From an uncultured Actinomycetes bacterium (GTDB lineage: Bacteria > Actinomycetota > Acidimicrobiia > Spongiisociales > DATADW01), in NCBI GenBank assembly GCA_963824995.1, contig CAWGRK010000005.1:1-64000 (forward strand): a DNA stretch of 64,000 nucleotides. The letters are read 5' to 3'. The translations under genes were made by a program, and so were the position numbers. The stretch's first letter is position 1. Each line of letters starts with the position of its first letter. Shown piece by piece: positions 20,130 to 28,309 of this stretch. Below the pieces are notes generated by a model. The model did not search any database and had not been told where the DNA came from. It saw only the letters and a program-made list of their open reading frames with translations.

Positions 20130-20891
20130 TCACGACCCGAGGGCCGCCACGAGTTCGGGGAGCACCTCGCCCGCCTTGCCCTCGATCCTCACGGTCGCCA
20201 GGCGGTCCCAATCGGTAGGGCCGAGGTTGAGGATGACCAGTGGAGCGCCGCGCCCGGTGGGTGCGATGGCGAAGTCGGCGGCGGGGTAAACCGAGATCGT
20301 GCTCCCGACAGCCAGCACGGCATCGGCCGATTCGGACATCCGTTCGGCCGCTTCCAATGCTGCTGACGGGAGCAATTCACCGAACATCACCGTCGTCGTC
20401 TTGACCAACCCGCCGCATGCGGTGCAGTGGGGGTCGTCGTCGCCCTCCGCCACCCTGGTGAGGATCTCGGCGACCGTCCACGATTCGCCGCAACCGAGAC
20501 AGCGCACCTGACGCGCAGTGCCATGAAGTTCCGCCACCTCGGCGTCGGGTAGCCCCGCCGCCTGGTGGAGACCGTCGATGTTCTGAGTGATGCAACCTGC
20601 CCAGCGCCCGCGGCGCCAGAGATCCACCACCGCCCGGTGGGCGGGATTGGGTTCGATCCCTGCCGTTCCCAGTTCGCGCCCATCGAGGTGGAGTCTCCAA
20701 CCCTGACGTCTGACCTCCGGATCGGTCATCCACCTTTGAAGTGTGAACAGGTCGGGATCGACCCGCTTCCACAAGCCATCAGGGCCTCGGAAGTCGGGAA
20801 TCCCCGACTCGGTCGATATCCCCGCCCCGGTGAAGACGAGAATCCGCTCGGCGGCGGCGAGAAGGTCCACGGCGTCGGCAAGGAAGCTCAC
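20130..20891 (-). CDS. Sir2-family NAD-dependent protein deacylase
   Basis: FTGAGISTESGIPDFRG, TQNIDGLHQ, ELHG, two CxxC, GSTISVYPAA; start GTG 20891 inferred from a TACCGT -10 box. Confidence 0.92.
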   Translation of the reverse strand: MSFLADAVDLLAAAERILVFTGAGISTESGIPDFRGPDGLWKRVDPDLFTLQRWMTDPEVRRQGWRLHLDGRELGTAGIEPNPAHRAVVDLWRRGRWAGCITQNIDGLHQAAGLPDAEVAELHGTARQVRCLGCGESWTVAEILTRVAEGDDDPHCTACGGLVKTTTVMFGELLPSAALEAAERMSESADAVLAVGSTISVYPAADFAIAPTGRGAPLVILNLGPTDWDRLATVRIEGKAGEVLPELVAALGS

Positions 20892-20934
20892 CGGCGACAC
20901 GGTACCCAGCGGCCCAACCCCCGGCCCGCGCCGC

Positions 20935-22956
20935 TCACAGCAGCCGCAGCTGTTCCGGCCGCCACGCCTTGGGTCGCGAGGTCCGGGGTCGCCAGCGCTC
21001 GGTGCCACCGGCCTGGCGGACCAGATCGGCTACTGCCGCCGCGAGGCGATCCCGATCTGCTTGCGGCGGGTAGGCGCGGCGGTACATCTCCTGGTGCGCC
21101 GCCACCAGGTCCGGTCTCTCCCTCGCCAGCCACTCCATGTAGAGCTCTCTGACGCCGGGGCGGAGGTGGAGCAGTATCGGTGTGACATAACTGGCGCCTG
21201 CTTCCAGGCAGGCGGAGACCACTCGGCGCACCTGCTCGGGGTCATCGGACAGCCCGGGCAGGATCGGCGCCACCAGAACACCGGATCTGATACCGGCGGC
21301 GGTGAGCTTGGCGACCGCCTCGACCCGCTTCCGAGGATGTGGGGTTCCCGGCTCGGTTGCCTTCCACACCTCCTCGTCGAGCGTTCCGATGGAGAAGTCG
21401 ACTTTTACGTCGGCCCCCGCCGCCGCGTCCACCAGCACATCGAGATCTCGCAGCACGAGAGGGGACTTGGTGAGGATCGAGAATGGGTTGGTCCGCTCTG
21501 CCAGCACCTCGATGATCCCCCGGGTGAGCCGGTACTTGCCCTCGGCGGCCTGGTACGGGTCGGTGTTGGTCCCCATTGCGATGGGGTCGCCTCGCCACCG
21601 ATGAGGTGCCGTCTCCGCCCTCGCCAACTCGACCGCGTTGGTCTTGACGACGATCTTGCTCTCGAAGTCCCGCCCCGGATCGAGGTCGAGATAGCCGTGG
21701 GTGGGCCTCGCGAAGCAATTGTGGCTGACCACGCCATCGGCAATGAAGTCACCGGTCCCCGTGGTGATGTCGTACATCGGCATCTCGAAACCGAGAGGCT
21801 CAATCTCGTTCACGGTCAATGGAGCCGTACTCTTGAGGGCGAGATTGTCGATCGTCCTCTTTCGTGTGATTGCTGGATCAACCGTGTGAAAGAACCGCAG
21901 GCGCTCGACCAGTCCGCCCCGCACCCTCACGACCTTGACGTCGCTCCGCCGGTTGGCCTCCAGGCAGTGCCGGAATCCAAACCGGCTGAGGCATTGGGAT
22001 ATGCGCTGGAGAATCGTCGGGTCGATGTTCGATATGCGAATGGTGCCGCCCGAGTGCGACCCCTCGGCATCGAAGATGCCGGCGAGGAAACCACGAGCCC
22101 ATTCGGCGGTCTGGATATCGGGCCATCGAACGAGGCTGCCGATTGCCTCGACACCCGCCTTGGATTGCGTCCTGATCGCATTGAGTGCCTTCGTCGTGTC
22201 GGTCGCCGGCGCATAGGAGAAGGAGGTGGTGCCGACACCGAACCCTGCGAGATACTCGTGGGCGCGGTCGAGAGCCTCGCTGTCTACCAGTGCCAATCGG
22301 AATCTGTGCGCGAGATAGGTCCCGCCGGAGGGGCGCCGGGTCAGATAGGTTCCAAGACTGCCGTCGCCCCGGATCAGTCCGCAGAGGTAACCCTGGCGGT
22401 ATTCGATCGTTTCCTTCGGTGTCGTCATGAGTCGCCCGACACCGAGCAGGGAGTTGTTGGTGGTCAGGTGAGGTCGCCGAGCGCGCCCCTGCTCGTCGCC
22501 GGTTACGTGTTTCCAGCCACGATCGGTCAGAAACCTGTGATCGCCGCTGGCGATGAGTTCGGTGCCGTCCTCGAGGGCAATTCGGTGTGCCGTCTTGACC
22601 GTTGACCAGTGATCGAGCACGACCGTCGGGACATAGCGCCGGTATGGGCCTCGACGGGTGGTGCCATACACAACGTCTCCGGGCACCACCTCGGAGATCG
22701 GCTTGATGCGGCCGTCCGCCATGAGCACCGGGGTATCCCCCGCCAGGCAGTAGACACAAGCATGGCTGCATCCCCTGTAGGCGTTGATGGTCCACCGAAA
22801 GGGCATACGGGAGGAGGCGGGGACCTCGTTGATGATCCGCTTGGACTCGACCTCGAGGAACTCGAGACCGCGGTACTCGCCTCTTCCGACGACCCGGTTG
22901 CTCTCGAAGAGCACTGGATCGCCCTGCTCCCGTTGCCTCCAGCGGAGGTCGCCCAT
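20935..22956 (-). CDS. Rv2578c-family (SPL-like) radical SAM protein, intein-containing
   Basis: FRWTINAYRGCSHACVY|intein|CFARPTH, IAMGTNTDPYQ, SILTKS, EPGTPHP. Confidence 0.92.
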   Translation of the reverse strand: MGDLRWRQREQGDPVLFESNRVVGRGEYRGLEFLEVESKRIINEVPASSRMPFRWTINAYRGCSHACVYCLAGDTPVLMADGRIKPISEVVPGDVVYGTTRRGPYRRYVPTVVLDHWSTVKTAHRIALEDGTELIASGDHRFLTDRGWKHVTGDEQGRARRPHLTTNNSLLGVGRLMTTPKETIEYRQGYLCGLIRGDGSLGTYLTRRPSGGTYLAHRFRLALVDSEALDRAHEYLAGFGVGTTSFSYAPATDTTKALNAIRTQSKAGVEAIGSLVRWPDIQTAEWARGFLAGIFDAEGSHSGGTIRISNIDPTILQRISQCLSRFGFRHCLEANRRSDVKVVRVRGGLVERLRFFHTVDPAITRKRTIDNLALKSTAPLTVNEIEPLGFEMPMYDITTGTGDFIADGVVSHNCFARPTHGYLDLDPGRDFESKIVVKTNAVELARAETAPHRWRGDPIAMGTNTDPYQAAEGKYRLTRGIIEVLAERTNPFSILTKSPLVLRDLDVLVDAAAGADVKVDFSIGTLDEEVWKATEPGTPHPRKRVEAVAKLTAAGIRSGVLVAPILPGLSDDPEQVRRVVSACLEAGASYVTPILLHLRPGVRELYMEWLARERPDLVAAHQEMYRRAYPPQADRDRLAAAVADLVRQAGGTERWRPRTSRPKAWRPEQLRLL
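21718..22749 (-). mobile_element. Intein (344 aa) with LAGLIDADG homing endonuclease
   Basis: Block A CLAGDTPVLMADG, block B ASGDHRFLT, endonuclease motifs YLCGLIRGDGSL and FLAGIFDAEGSH, blocks F/G MYDITTGTGDFIADGVVSHN|C. Confidence 0.95.
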
Positions 22957-22969
22957 GCTCTGATGCTAG

Positions 22970-22983
22970 CGAACATGTGTTCG
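22970..22983. promoter_or_regulatory. LexA (SOS) box CGAACATGTGTTCG
   Basis: Matches the actinobacterial CGAAC-N4-GTTCG consensus; adjacent to -10 TAGCAT (minus strand, 22968-22963), which is 6 nt before the radical SAM ATG. Confidence 0.9.
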
Positions 22984-23030
22984 ATGCGGCGAACTGCGAA
23001 ACTCGTGCCAGCCGAGACGGGAGGATCGTT

Positions 23031-23315
23031 GTGTGGAGGACCGCGCTGACCATCTTCGGCGCCATGTTCCTGGCCGAATTGGGGGACAAGACCCAACTGG
23101 CGGTCATAGCTTTCTCCGCCGACAACAACCCATGGGTGGTCTTCTTCTCGGCGTCGTTGGCGCTGGTGGCGTCCACCGCTCTTGCCGCCCTGTTCGGGCA
23201 GGCGCTGCTCCGTGTCGTCCCCGCCGAGTGGCTTCGGTTGGGGGCCGGAATCCTGTTCCTCGTCGTTGGGGTGGTCGTGCTCATCGACGCCGTCCCCGCC
23301 GTGATCAGGAGGTGA
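23031..23315 (+). CDS. TMEM165/GDT1 (UPF0016) family single-domain membrane protein
   Basis: SD GGGAGG; FLAELGDKTQLA signature; three TM segments. Confidence 0.9.
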   Translation: MWRTALTIFGAMFLAELGDKTQLAVIAFSADNNPWVVFFSASLALVASTALAALFGQALLRVVPAEWLRLGAGILFLVVGVVVLIDAVPAVIRR

Positions 23316-23847
23316 GGAGCCGTCCTGTACCAGATGGCTCGGGGAGCGGGACCCAGACCCGCGCCCGCTCGGCGAGCGCCGCCGCCGTCGGCAGTTCCCT
23401 GCCCGGCGGCAGCGATGCCAGCGTCTCGAGGACCACCCTCGGGACGAGGTCGATGGCCAGCACGCGACTCGACGACAACGAGCGGACCAACCCCAGGTAC
23501 CAGTGGATCTCGGGGTCGGGTAGCTCCCGTGAGATCAGGTAGTAGTCAGGGAGCGTCCCGGCGGCGGTCCCGATGGCCACCTCGAGGTCGCTGGCGTTCC
23601 CGCGCAGCCGGCGGCCCCACTCGGCGACGACCGCTCCGATCGGGTCGGCGTCCACCAGCGTGTAGACCGAGCCGTGCCGCCTCGCTCTCGACCACGCCTG
23701 GGCGATGACCGATCCTGCCTCGATCGGCCCCGATGGAACCTCACCGACGGCCTCGACCGTGACGTTGGCGGCCAGGTCTGCGGCTGCCGCGTTGACCGCA
23801 GCCGCGCCCGATCCCAGCACTGCCACCAAGGTCGTCATCGCCGACAT
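23305..23847 (-). CDS. Hypothetical protein
   Basis: 180 aa ORF with normal composition filling the gap between plus-strand genes; no recognised motif. Confidence 0.65.
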   Translation of the reverse strand: MSAMTTLVAVLGSGAAAVNAAAADLAANVTVEAVGEVPSGPIEAGSVIAQAWSRARRHGSVYTLVDADPIGAVVAEWGRRLRGNASDLEVAIGTAAGTLPDYYLISRELPDPEIHWYLGLVRSLSSSRVLAIDLVPRVVLETLASLPPGRELPTAAALAERARVWVPLPEPSGTGRLLTS

Positions 23848-23892
23848 GACGCATCATCATTGCGTGGTCCCGGCCATAGACTCACAGCGCAG

Positions 23893-24882
23893 ATGTCCAC
23901 CCGCATGTGGCGTGAGTCGGTAGTAGGGGTTCCCCGGGTTGACCGTGCCGAGTGGGAGCGACTCGATGTGGTGAGCCGGTGGCTCATTGCCAGCAGGGCT
24001 GCAGTGCTGGTGATGACGCTCATCTCGGCGGCCATCGCCGGGATCCTCGCCTGGCAGGCAGAACTCTTCGACTGGGTCTCGTTTCTCCTGTTGACGGTTG
24101 GCCTGTTGGCGGCGCACGCCGCCAACAACCTCCTCAACGACCTCACCGATCACTGGACCGGCACAGACCGGGACAATTCCTTCCGCACCCAATACGGCTC
24201 GCAGCCCTTGGAGAGCGGATTGATCACGGTGCGGCAGAGCATCCTCTACGCCGCCCTGACCGGCCTGGTCGGCATCGCCATAGGGGTCTGGTTCATCGTC
24301 CAGCGCGGTCCGCTGGTCGCCTTGCTTCTCGGCCTCGGGTCGTTCTTCGTCATCGCATACACCTGGCCGCTCAAGCACATCGGTCTGGGCGAACCGGCGG
24401 TTCTTGTCGTCTGGGGTCCACTCATGGTCGGTGGCGGGTACTTCGTGATCACCGGGGTGTGGTCGTGGGATGTGGTGCTCGCCTCACTCCCTTACGCACT
24501 GGGTGTGACCGCCGTCCTCTTCGGCAAGCACATCGACAAGATCCCCAACGACAGCGAGCGAGGCATCCACACCCTCCCCGTGATCCTCGGTGAAAAGGCC
24601 TCGCGCTGGACGGTGCTGGCGATGATCGCCGCTCAATACCTGCTCGCCATCTACCTGGTGGCGACCGGCTCCCTCCCTTGGCCTGTGCTGGCGGTGATCG
24701 GGGCGACGCCGTTGCTCCGGTTCGTCTGGCCGGTTTTCACCAACCCGAAGCCGGAGGCACCACCTCCCGAGTACCCGAAGGGCGCATGGCCCCTCTGGTA
24801 TGTGAGCATCGCCTTCGTTCACAACCGCCGCTTCGGCGTTCTCTATCTATTGGGTCTGGTAGCCGGTGCCATCCTCTTCTGA
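23893..24882 (+). CDS. menA: UbiA-family prenyltransferase, MenA-like (DHNA polyprenyltransferase)
   Basis: NNLLNDLTDHWTGTD, YTWPLKHIGLGE, KHIDKIPNDSERGIHTLPV; multiple TM segments. Confidence 0.75.
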   Translation: MSTRMWRESVVGVPRVDRAEWERLDVVSRWLIASRAAVLVMTLISAAIAGILAWQAELFDWVSFLLLTVGLLAAHAANNLLNDLTDHWTGTDRDNSFRTQYGSQPLESGLITVRQSILYAALTGLVGIAIGVWFIVQRGPLVALLLGLGSFFVIAYTWPLKHIGLGEPAVLVVWGPLMVGGGYFVITGVWSWDVVLASLPYALGVTAVLFGKHIDKIPNDSERGIHTLPVILGEKASRWTVLAMIAAQYLLAIYLVATGSLPWPVLAVIGATPLLRFVWPVFTNPKPEAPPPEYPKGAWPLWYVSIAFVHNRRFGVLYLLGLVAGAILF

Positions 24883-25330
24883 TTCTCACGTCGAGCGTCA
24901 GATCCAGGATGCGATGGAGCGCGGCGAGTTCGATCGCCTTCCGGGGTTGGGGCGACCAATCCCAGGGATCGATGGCGATGATCAGCCCGACTGGTGGGCC
25001 CGCAAGAAGATCGAGAACGAGCGGGCCCTCCACGCCGCTGTCGATGCCGCCGCCGTCGTGCAGCGGGCGATGACGGCGGTTTGGGCGCTCGAAGATATCG
25101 CCGAGGTGACAGATGAGGTCAACCGGCTCAACCGACTGCTCGAGTCGGCCTGCGCTGAGATCCCCGCGAGCCAGCGACCCGAGAGGCTCGACCTGGGAGC
25201 GATCCTCGAGGAATGGAGGATGATGCACCGCGTCCGGAGCGGCCTTGGGCCTTGGCGGTGGGCGACCAAACGGACCGCGGCGCTAGGCCGAACGGCCCAT
25301 TCCCCTAGTGGCAATTCACCCCTATTGTGA
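24866..25330 (+). CDS. DUF1992 (DnaJC28-like) domain protein
   Basis: VERQIQDAMERGEFDRLPGLGRPI...DWW; start uncertain. Confidence 0.8.
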   Translation: MPSSSDSHVERQIQDAMERGEFDRLPGLGRPIPGIDGDDQPDWWARKKIENERALHAAVDAAAVVQRAMTAVWALEDIAEVTDEVNRLNRLLESACAEIPASQRPERLDLGAILEEWRMMHRVRSGLGPWRWATKRTAALGRTAHSPSGNSPLL

Positions 25331-25335
25331 GGCTT

Positions 25336-25644
25336 GTGAGCCGGCGAATGCGCGGTGAGCGGGGAGCCGGTCTCCCCGAATATGTGATTCTTGTCGTCGT
25401 GGTGGCACTGGCTGCGGTCTTCGCGGTTTCATTGCTGGGCCAGTCCACTTCCGGTCTGTTCGAGCGCAGCTCGGCCGTAGTGAGCAATGAACCCCCTCCG
25501 CCCGGCGGAGGCGGCGGTAACACAGGCGGCGGCGGCGGGAACACCGGCGGCGGAGGGAACAACGGCGGGGGCGGTGTCACTCCCGGCACGCTCAACCCGC
25601 CAACCACCATCCCCTGCGACCCGCTAGTCACAGCCTGCCCTTAG
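25336..25644 (+). CDS. Flp/type IVb pilin-like protein with Gly/Pro-rich tail
   Basis: Prepilin motif ERG|AGLPEY, hydrophobic helix, LLGQSTSGLF; repeated GGGGGNT tail with two Cys; -10 TATTGT at 25323. Confidence 0.7.
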   Translation: MSRRMRGERGAGLPEYVILVVVVALAAVFAVSLLGQSTSGLFERSSAVVSNEPPPPGGGGGNTGGGGGNTGGGGNNGGGGVTPGTLNPPTTIPCDPLVTACP

Positions 25645-25666
25645 GCCCCTGCTGCCGGTCGGGACC

Positions 25667-27406
25667 GTGGCGACCTTGACCGACCATCTGTCCGATTCCC
25701 GGATCGCAGCTTTGGCCGCCAAGGCGATCCTCGGTGGACTCGACCAGTGCGCCGACCACTTCCGCATCATCACCCGCAGAGCCCGGATCCGTTTTGACGA
25801 GCGCGATTGGCGCGGCATGCAGGCGGACGCGGCCGAACGACTCGACCTCTACGGTCGGGTGGTTTCGTCGGTGATCGCGGACCTGCGCCATCTCCTGATG
25901 GACAGGGCCGATGACCGTTCGCTGTGGGCGGCGATGAAGGCGGTTTACTCCGGGCTGATCGAAGGCCGCGACGACTGGGACCTGGCCGAGACCTTCTTCA
26001 ACTCGGCGACCCGCAGGATCTTCTCAACTGTTGGTGTCGACCCTCGGATCGAGTTCGTCGACACCGACTTCGATACCCCGCCGACCCAGCCGAGGCACCC
26101 ACTGCACATCGCCTTCGGGCGGAAATCGTCCACCACCGAGTTGATCGAGGAGATCCTCTCCTCGCAACCTCTCGGCCTGTCCGACCTGCGCTCGCAGGCC
26201 CGGGCGGTCGCTCAACGGATCGAGGCCCATCTGCGCGATGTCGGGGCTCTTCAGACCGTGGAGCGAGCAGAGATGATCGACGCGATCTTCTACCGGGGTC
26301 ATAGCGCCCACCTGATAGGCCGGCTGTTCAGCGGCTCGCATCTCGTCCCGTTCGTTGTGGTGGTTCTCAATCCTCCCGACGGGCCAGTGGTGGATGCCGT
26401 GCTGTTGACCGAGAACCAGGTGAGCATCCTCTTCAGCTTCACGAGGGCCTACTTCCACGTGGACGTCGAACGGCCCCACGACCTCGTCGACTTCCTCCGG
26501 ACCCTCATGCCGCGCAAACGACTCGCCGAGCTGTATACGTCGCTCGGGTACCACAAGCACGGCAAGACCGTCCTCTACCGGGAGTTGATCCACCACCTCG
26601 CAAGGTCCGGAGAGGCGTTCGAGCGGGCGCGGGGTGCCGAGGGGTTGGTGATGACGGTGTTCACCATGCCGGGGTTCGACATCGTGTTCAAGGTGATCAA
26701 CGACACCTTTCCCTCGCCGAAGACGACAACGCCCGACCGGGTACGGGGTCGATATCGGCTGGTGTTCCGTCATGACCGGGTCGGCCGGCTGGTGGACGCC
26801 CAGGAGTTCGAGCTCCTTGGATTCGACCGGGATCGATTCTCCCCCGAGTTGCTCGGAAAGCTGGCGGCTGATTGCACAACCTCCGTGGCGATCGAATCAG
26901 ACCGGGTTGTCATCAGACACGCCTATGTGGAGCGGCGGGTGATCCCGCTCGACATCTACGTGCGCGAGGCGGCGCCGGCGGCGGCGAGCGCGGCGATGCT
27001 CGATTACGGGACCTGCATTGAGGAATTGGCCGCGGCCGGGATCTTCCCCGGAGATCTGCTGCTCAAGAACTTCGGCGTGACCAGGCATGGCCGGGTGGTC
27101 TTCTACGACTACGACGAACTGGCCCGGCTGGAGGATTGCCGGTTCAGGGCCCTCCCCGTACCGCGGTCAGATGAGGAGGAGATGGCCGCCGAGCCTTGGT
27201 TCGCCGTCGGCCCGAACGATGTCTTCCCCGAGGAGTTCCGGCGTTTCGTGGGCATAGACGGTGCCCCCCGCGATGCGTTCGAAGAGGTTCACAGCCATCT
27301 CTTCGACCCGGCGTGGTGGTGCTCGATGCAGGACCGTGTCAGTTGCGGCGAACTGATCCCTGTGTTCCCGTATGAGCAATCGGCCCGCCTGTCCCGTAAC
27401 GCTTAG
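25667..27406 (+). CDS. aceK: Isocitrate dehydrogenase kinase/phosphatase
   Basis: AETFFNS, SILFSFTRAYFHV, GYHKHGKT, GLVMTVFT, VFKVIND, HDRVGRLVDAQEF, IFPGDLLLKNFGVTRHGRVVFYDYDE. Confidence 0.96.
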   Translation: MATLTDHLSDSRIAALAAKAILGGLDQCADHFRIITRRARIRFDERDWRGMQADAAERLDLYGRVVSSVIADLRHLLMDRADDRSLWAAMKAVYSGLIEGRDDWDLAETFFNSATRRIFSTVGVDPRIEFVDTDFDTPPTQPRHPLHIAFGRKSSTTELIEEILSSQPLGLSDLRSQARAVAQRIEAHLRDVGALQTVERAEMIDAIFYRGHSAHLIGRLFSGSHLVPFVVVVLNPPDGPVVDAVLLTENQVSILFSFTRAYFHVDVERPHDLVDFLRTLMPRKRLAELYTSLGYHKHGKTVLYRELIHHLARSGEAFERARGAEGLVMTVFTMPGFDIVFKVINDTFPSPKTTTPDRVRGRYRLVFRHDRVGRLVDAQEFELLGFDRDRFSPELLGKLAADCTTSVAIESDRVVIRHAYVERRVIPLDIYVREAAPAAASAAMLDYGTCIEELAAAGIFPGDLLLKNFGVTRHGRVVFYDYDELARLEDCRFRALPVPRSDEEEMAAEPWFAVGPNDVFPEEFRRFVGIDGAPRDAFEEVHSHLFDPAWWCSMQDRVSCGELIPVFPYEQSARLSRNA

Positions 27407-27410
27407 TCGC

Positions 27411-27451
27411 CGCCGTCCGCCGTCCGCCGTCCGCCGTCCGCCGTCCGCCGT
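27411..27451. repeat. Heptamer tandem repeat (CGCCGTC) x about 6 filling a convergent intergenic gap
   Basis: Same unit as 3799-3824; abuts the TAG of the minus-strand CGNR gene. Confidence 0.9.
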
Positions 27452-28015
27452 CTAGCCCTTCCGCGATGCGCGCCGGCGGCGGAAGGCGGCCACGTTCTCC
27501 CGGGTGCCGCAGGTGACTGAGCAATGGCGGCGCGACCGGTTGCGCGAGGTGTCCACATAAACCTGCGCACAGGTTTCGGATGAGCAGACCCCGAGGCGGT
27601 CGATCCCGTACTCACAGACGACCGTGGCCAGACCCATGGCGGTGATGGCTCCTAACCAGCGGCCGACACCCCGCCGCTTGGACTCGAAGTGGAAGTGGGG
27701 TTCCACCCCGGCGTGAGCGCTGACCCTCGGTACCGCTCCCGATGCGATCAATTCACGGTTGAGCTCACCGACAGCCTGCTCGACATCGTCGGTCTCGAAG
27801 ATGCGCCTGATCCCGCCACGTAGCCGCCGCACCGCCACGAGGTCGCCCTCGTCGAGATCGATCCATTCCTCCCGCCACTCCTTTGGAACCTCGGCGAGAA
27901 AGGCGCGGAAACCGTCGAGGTCGCCGAGCAGGTCCTCGCCGGTGATCGGATCGAGCGTGTTTGCCAGCGCCACCGCCAGCCCGATGGGAGCGTCGGTGTA
28001 ATGCGAGAAATCCAT
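27452..28015 (-). CDS. CGNR zinc-finger / ABATE (DUF1470) protein
   Basis: ALANT near the N-terminus; RLGVCSSETCAQVYVDTSRNRSRRHCSVTCGTRENVAAFRRR. Confidence 0.92.
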   Translation of the reverse strand: MDFSHYTDAPIGLAVALANTLDPITGEDLLGDLDGFRAFLAEVPKEWREEWIDLDEGDLVAVRRLRGGIRRIFETDDVEQAVGELNRELIASGAVPRVSAHAGVEPHFHFESKRRGVGRWLGAITAMGLATVVCEYGIDRLGVCSSETCAQVYVDTSRNRSRRHCSVTCGTRENVAAFRRRRASRKG

Positions 28016-28110
28016 TTGGAGCCTTACAAAGTCGCGCTAAGGTGTAATGAGTCTAGGGCCGATTAACTGTTACTACAAAGAATTGCATTCCCCTTGATAG
28101 GAGCAAAACC

Positions 28111-28248
28111 GTGTTGCAAGTCATGTCAGATCCCAAGTTCTATCAGGCCCACGCAGAAGAGCTGCGTCGTGAGGTCGGCCGGGCCCGTGTGCGACGAGAC
28201 TTGAAGAGGCTACGGTCGCGTCCCGCCGAACCTCGCCGCGAGTCCTGA
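28111..28248 (+). CDS. Small basic hypothetical protein (45 aa)
   Basis: SD AGGAG 7 nt before GTG; MLQVMSDPKFYQAHAEELRREVGRARVRRDLKRLRSRPAEPRRES; below the ORF-track cutoff. Confidence 0.5.
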   Translation: MLQVMSDPKFYQAHAEELRREVGRARVRRDLKRLRSRPAEPRRES

Positions 28249-28309
28249 CCGGCGGCTGCGCCGCCAATAGCTGGCAGACTCGGGGCTTCCTGAGCAGGGG
28301 AGCCCCGAG

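Noticed and set aside
20130..20891. Sir2 protein as an anti-phage (Thoeris/DSR-type) effector
   Set aside because: It is a canonical zinc-binding CobB-like deacylase of about 250 aa with no defence partner genes.
20743..22605. 620 aa plus-strand ORF and other long antisense ORFs (e.g. 33476-34795, 39487-41052)
   Set aside because: Shadow frames of well-supported opposite-strand genes in high-GC DNA, with no recognisable motifs.
23893..24882. menA as part of the HTTM/vitamin K locus
   Set aside because: It lies about 25 kb away with unrelated genes between; it only suggests the host makes menaquinone.
27411..27451. Tandem repeats as a possible CRISPR array
   Set aside because: 7 bp units with no spacers and no cas genes in the window.
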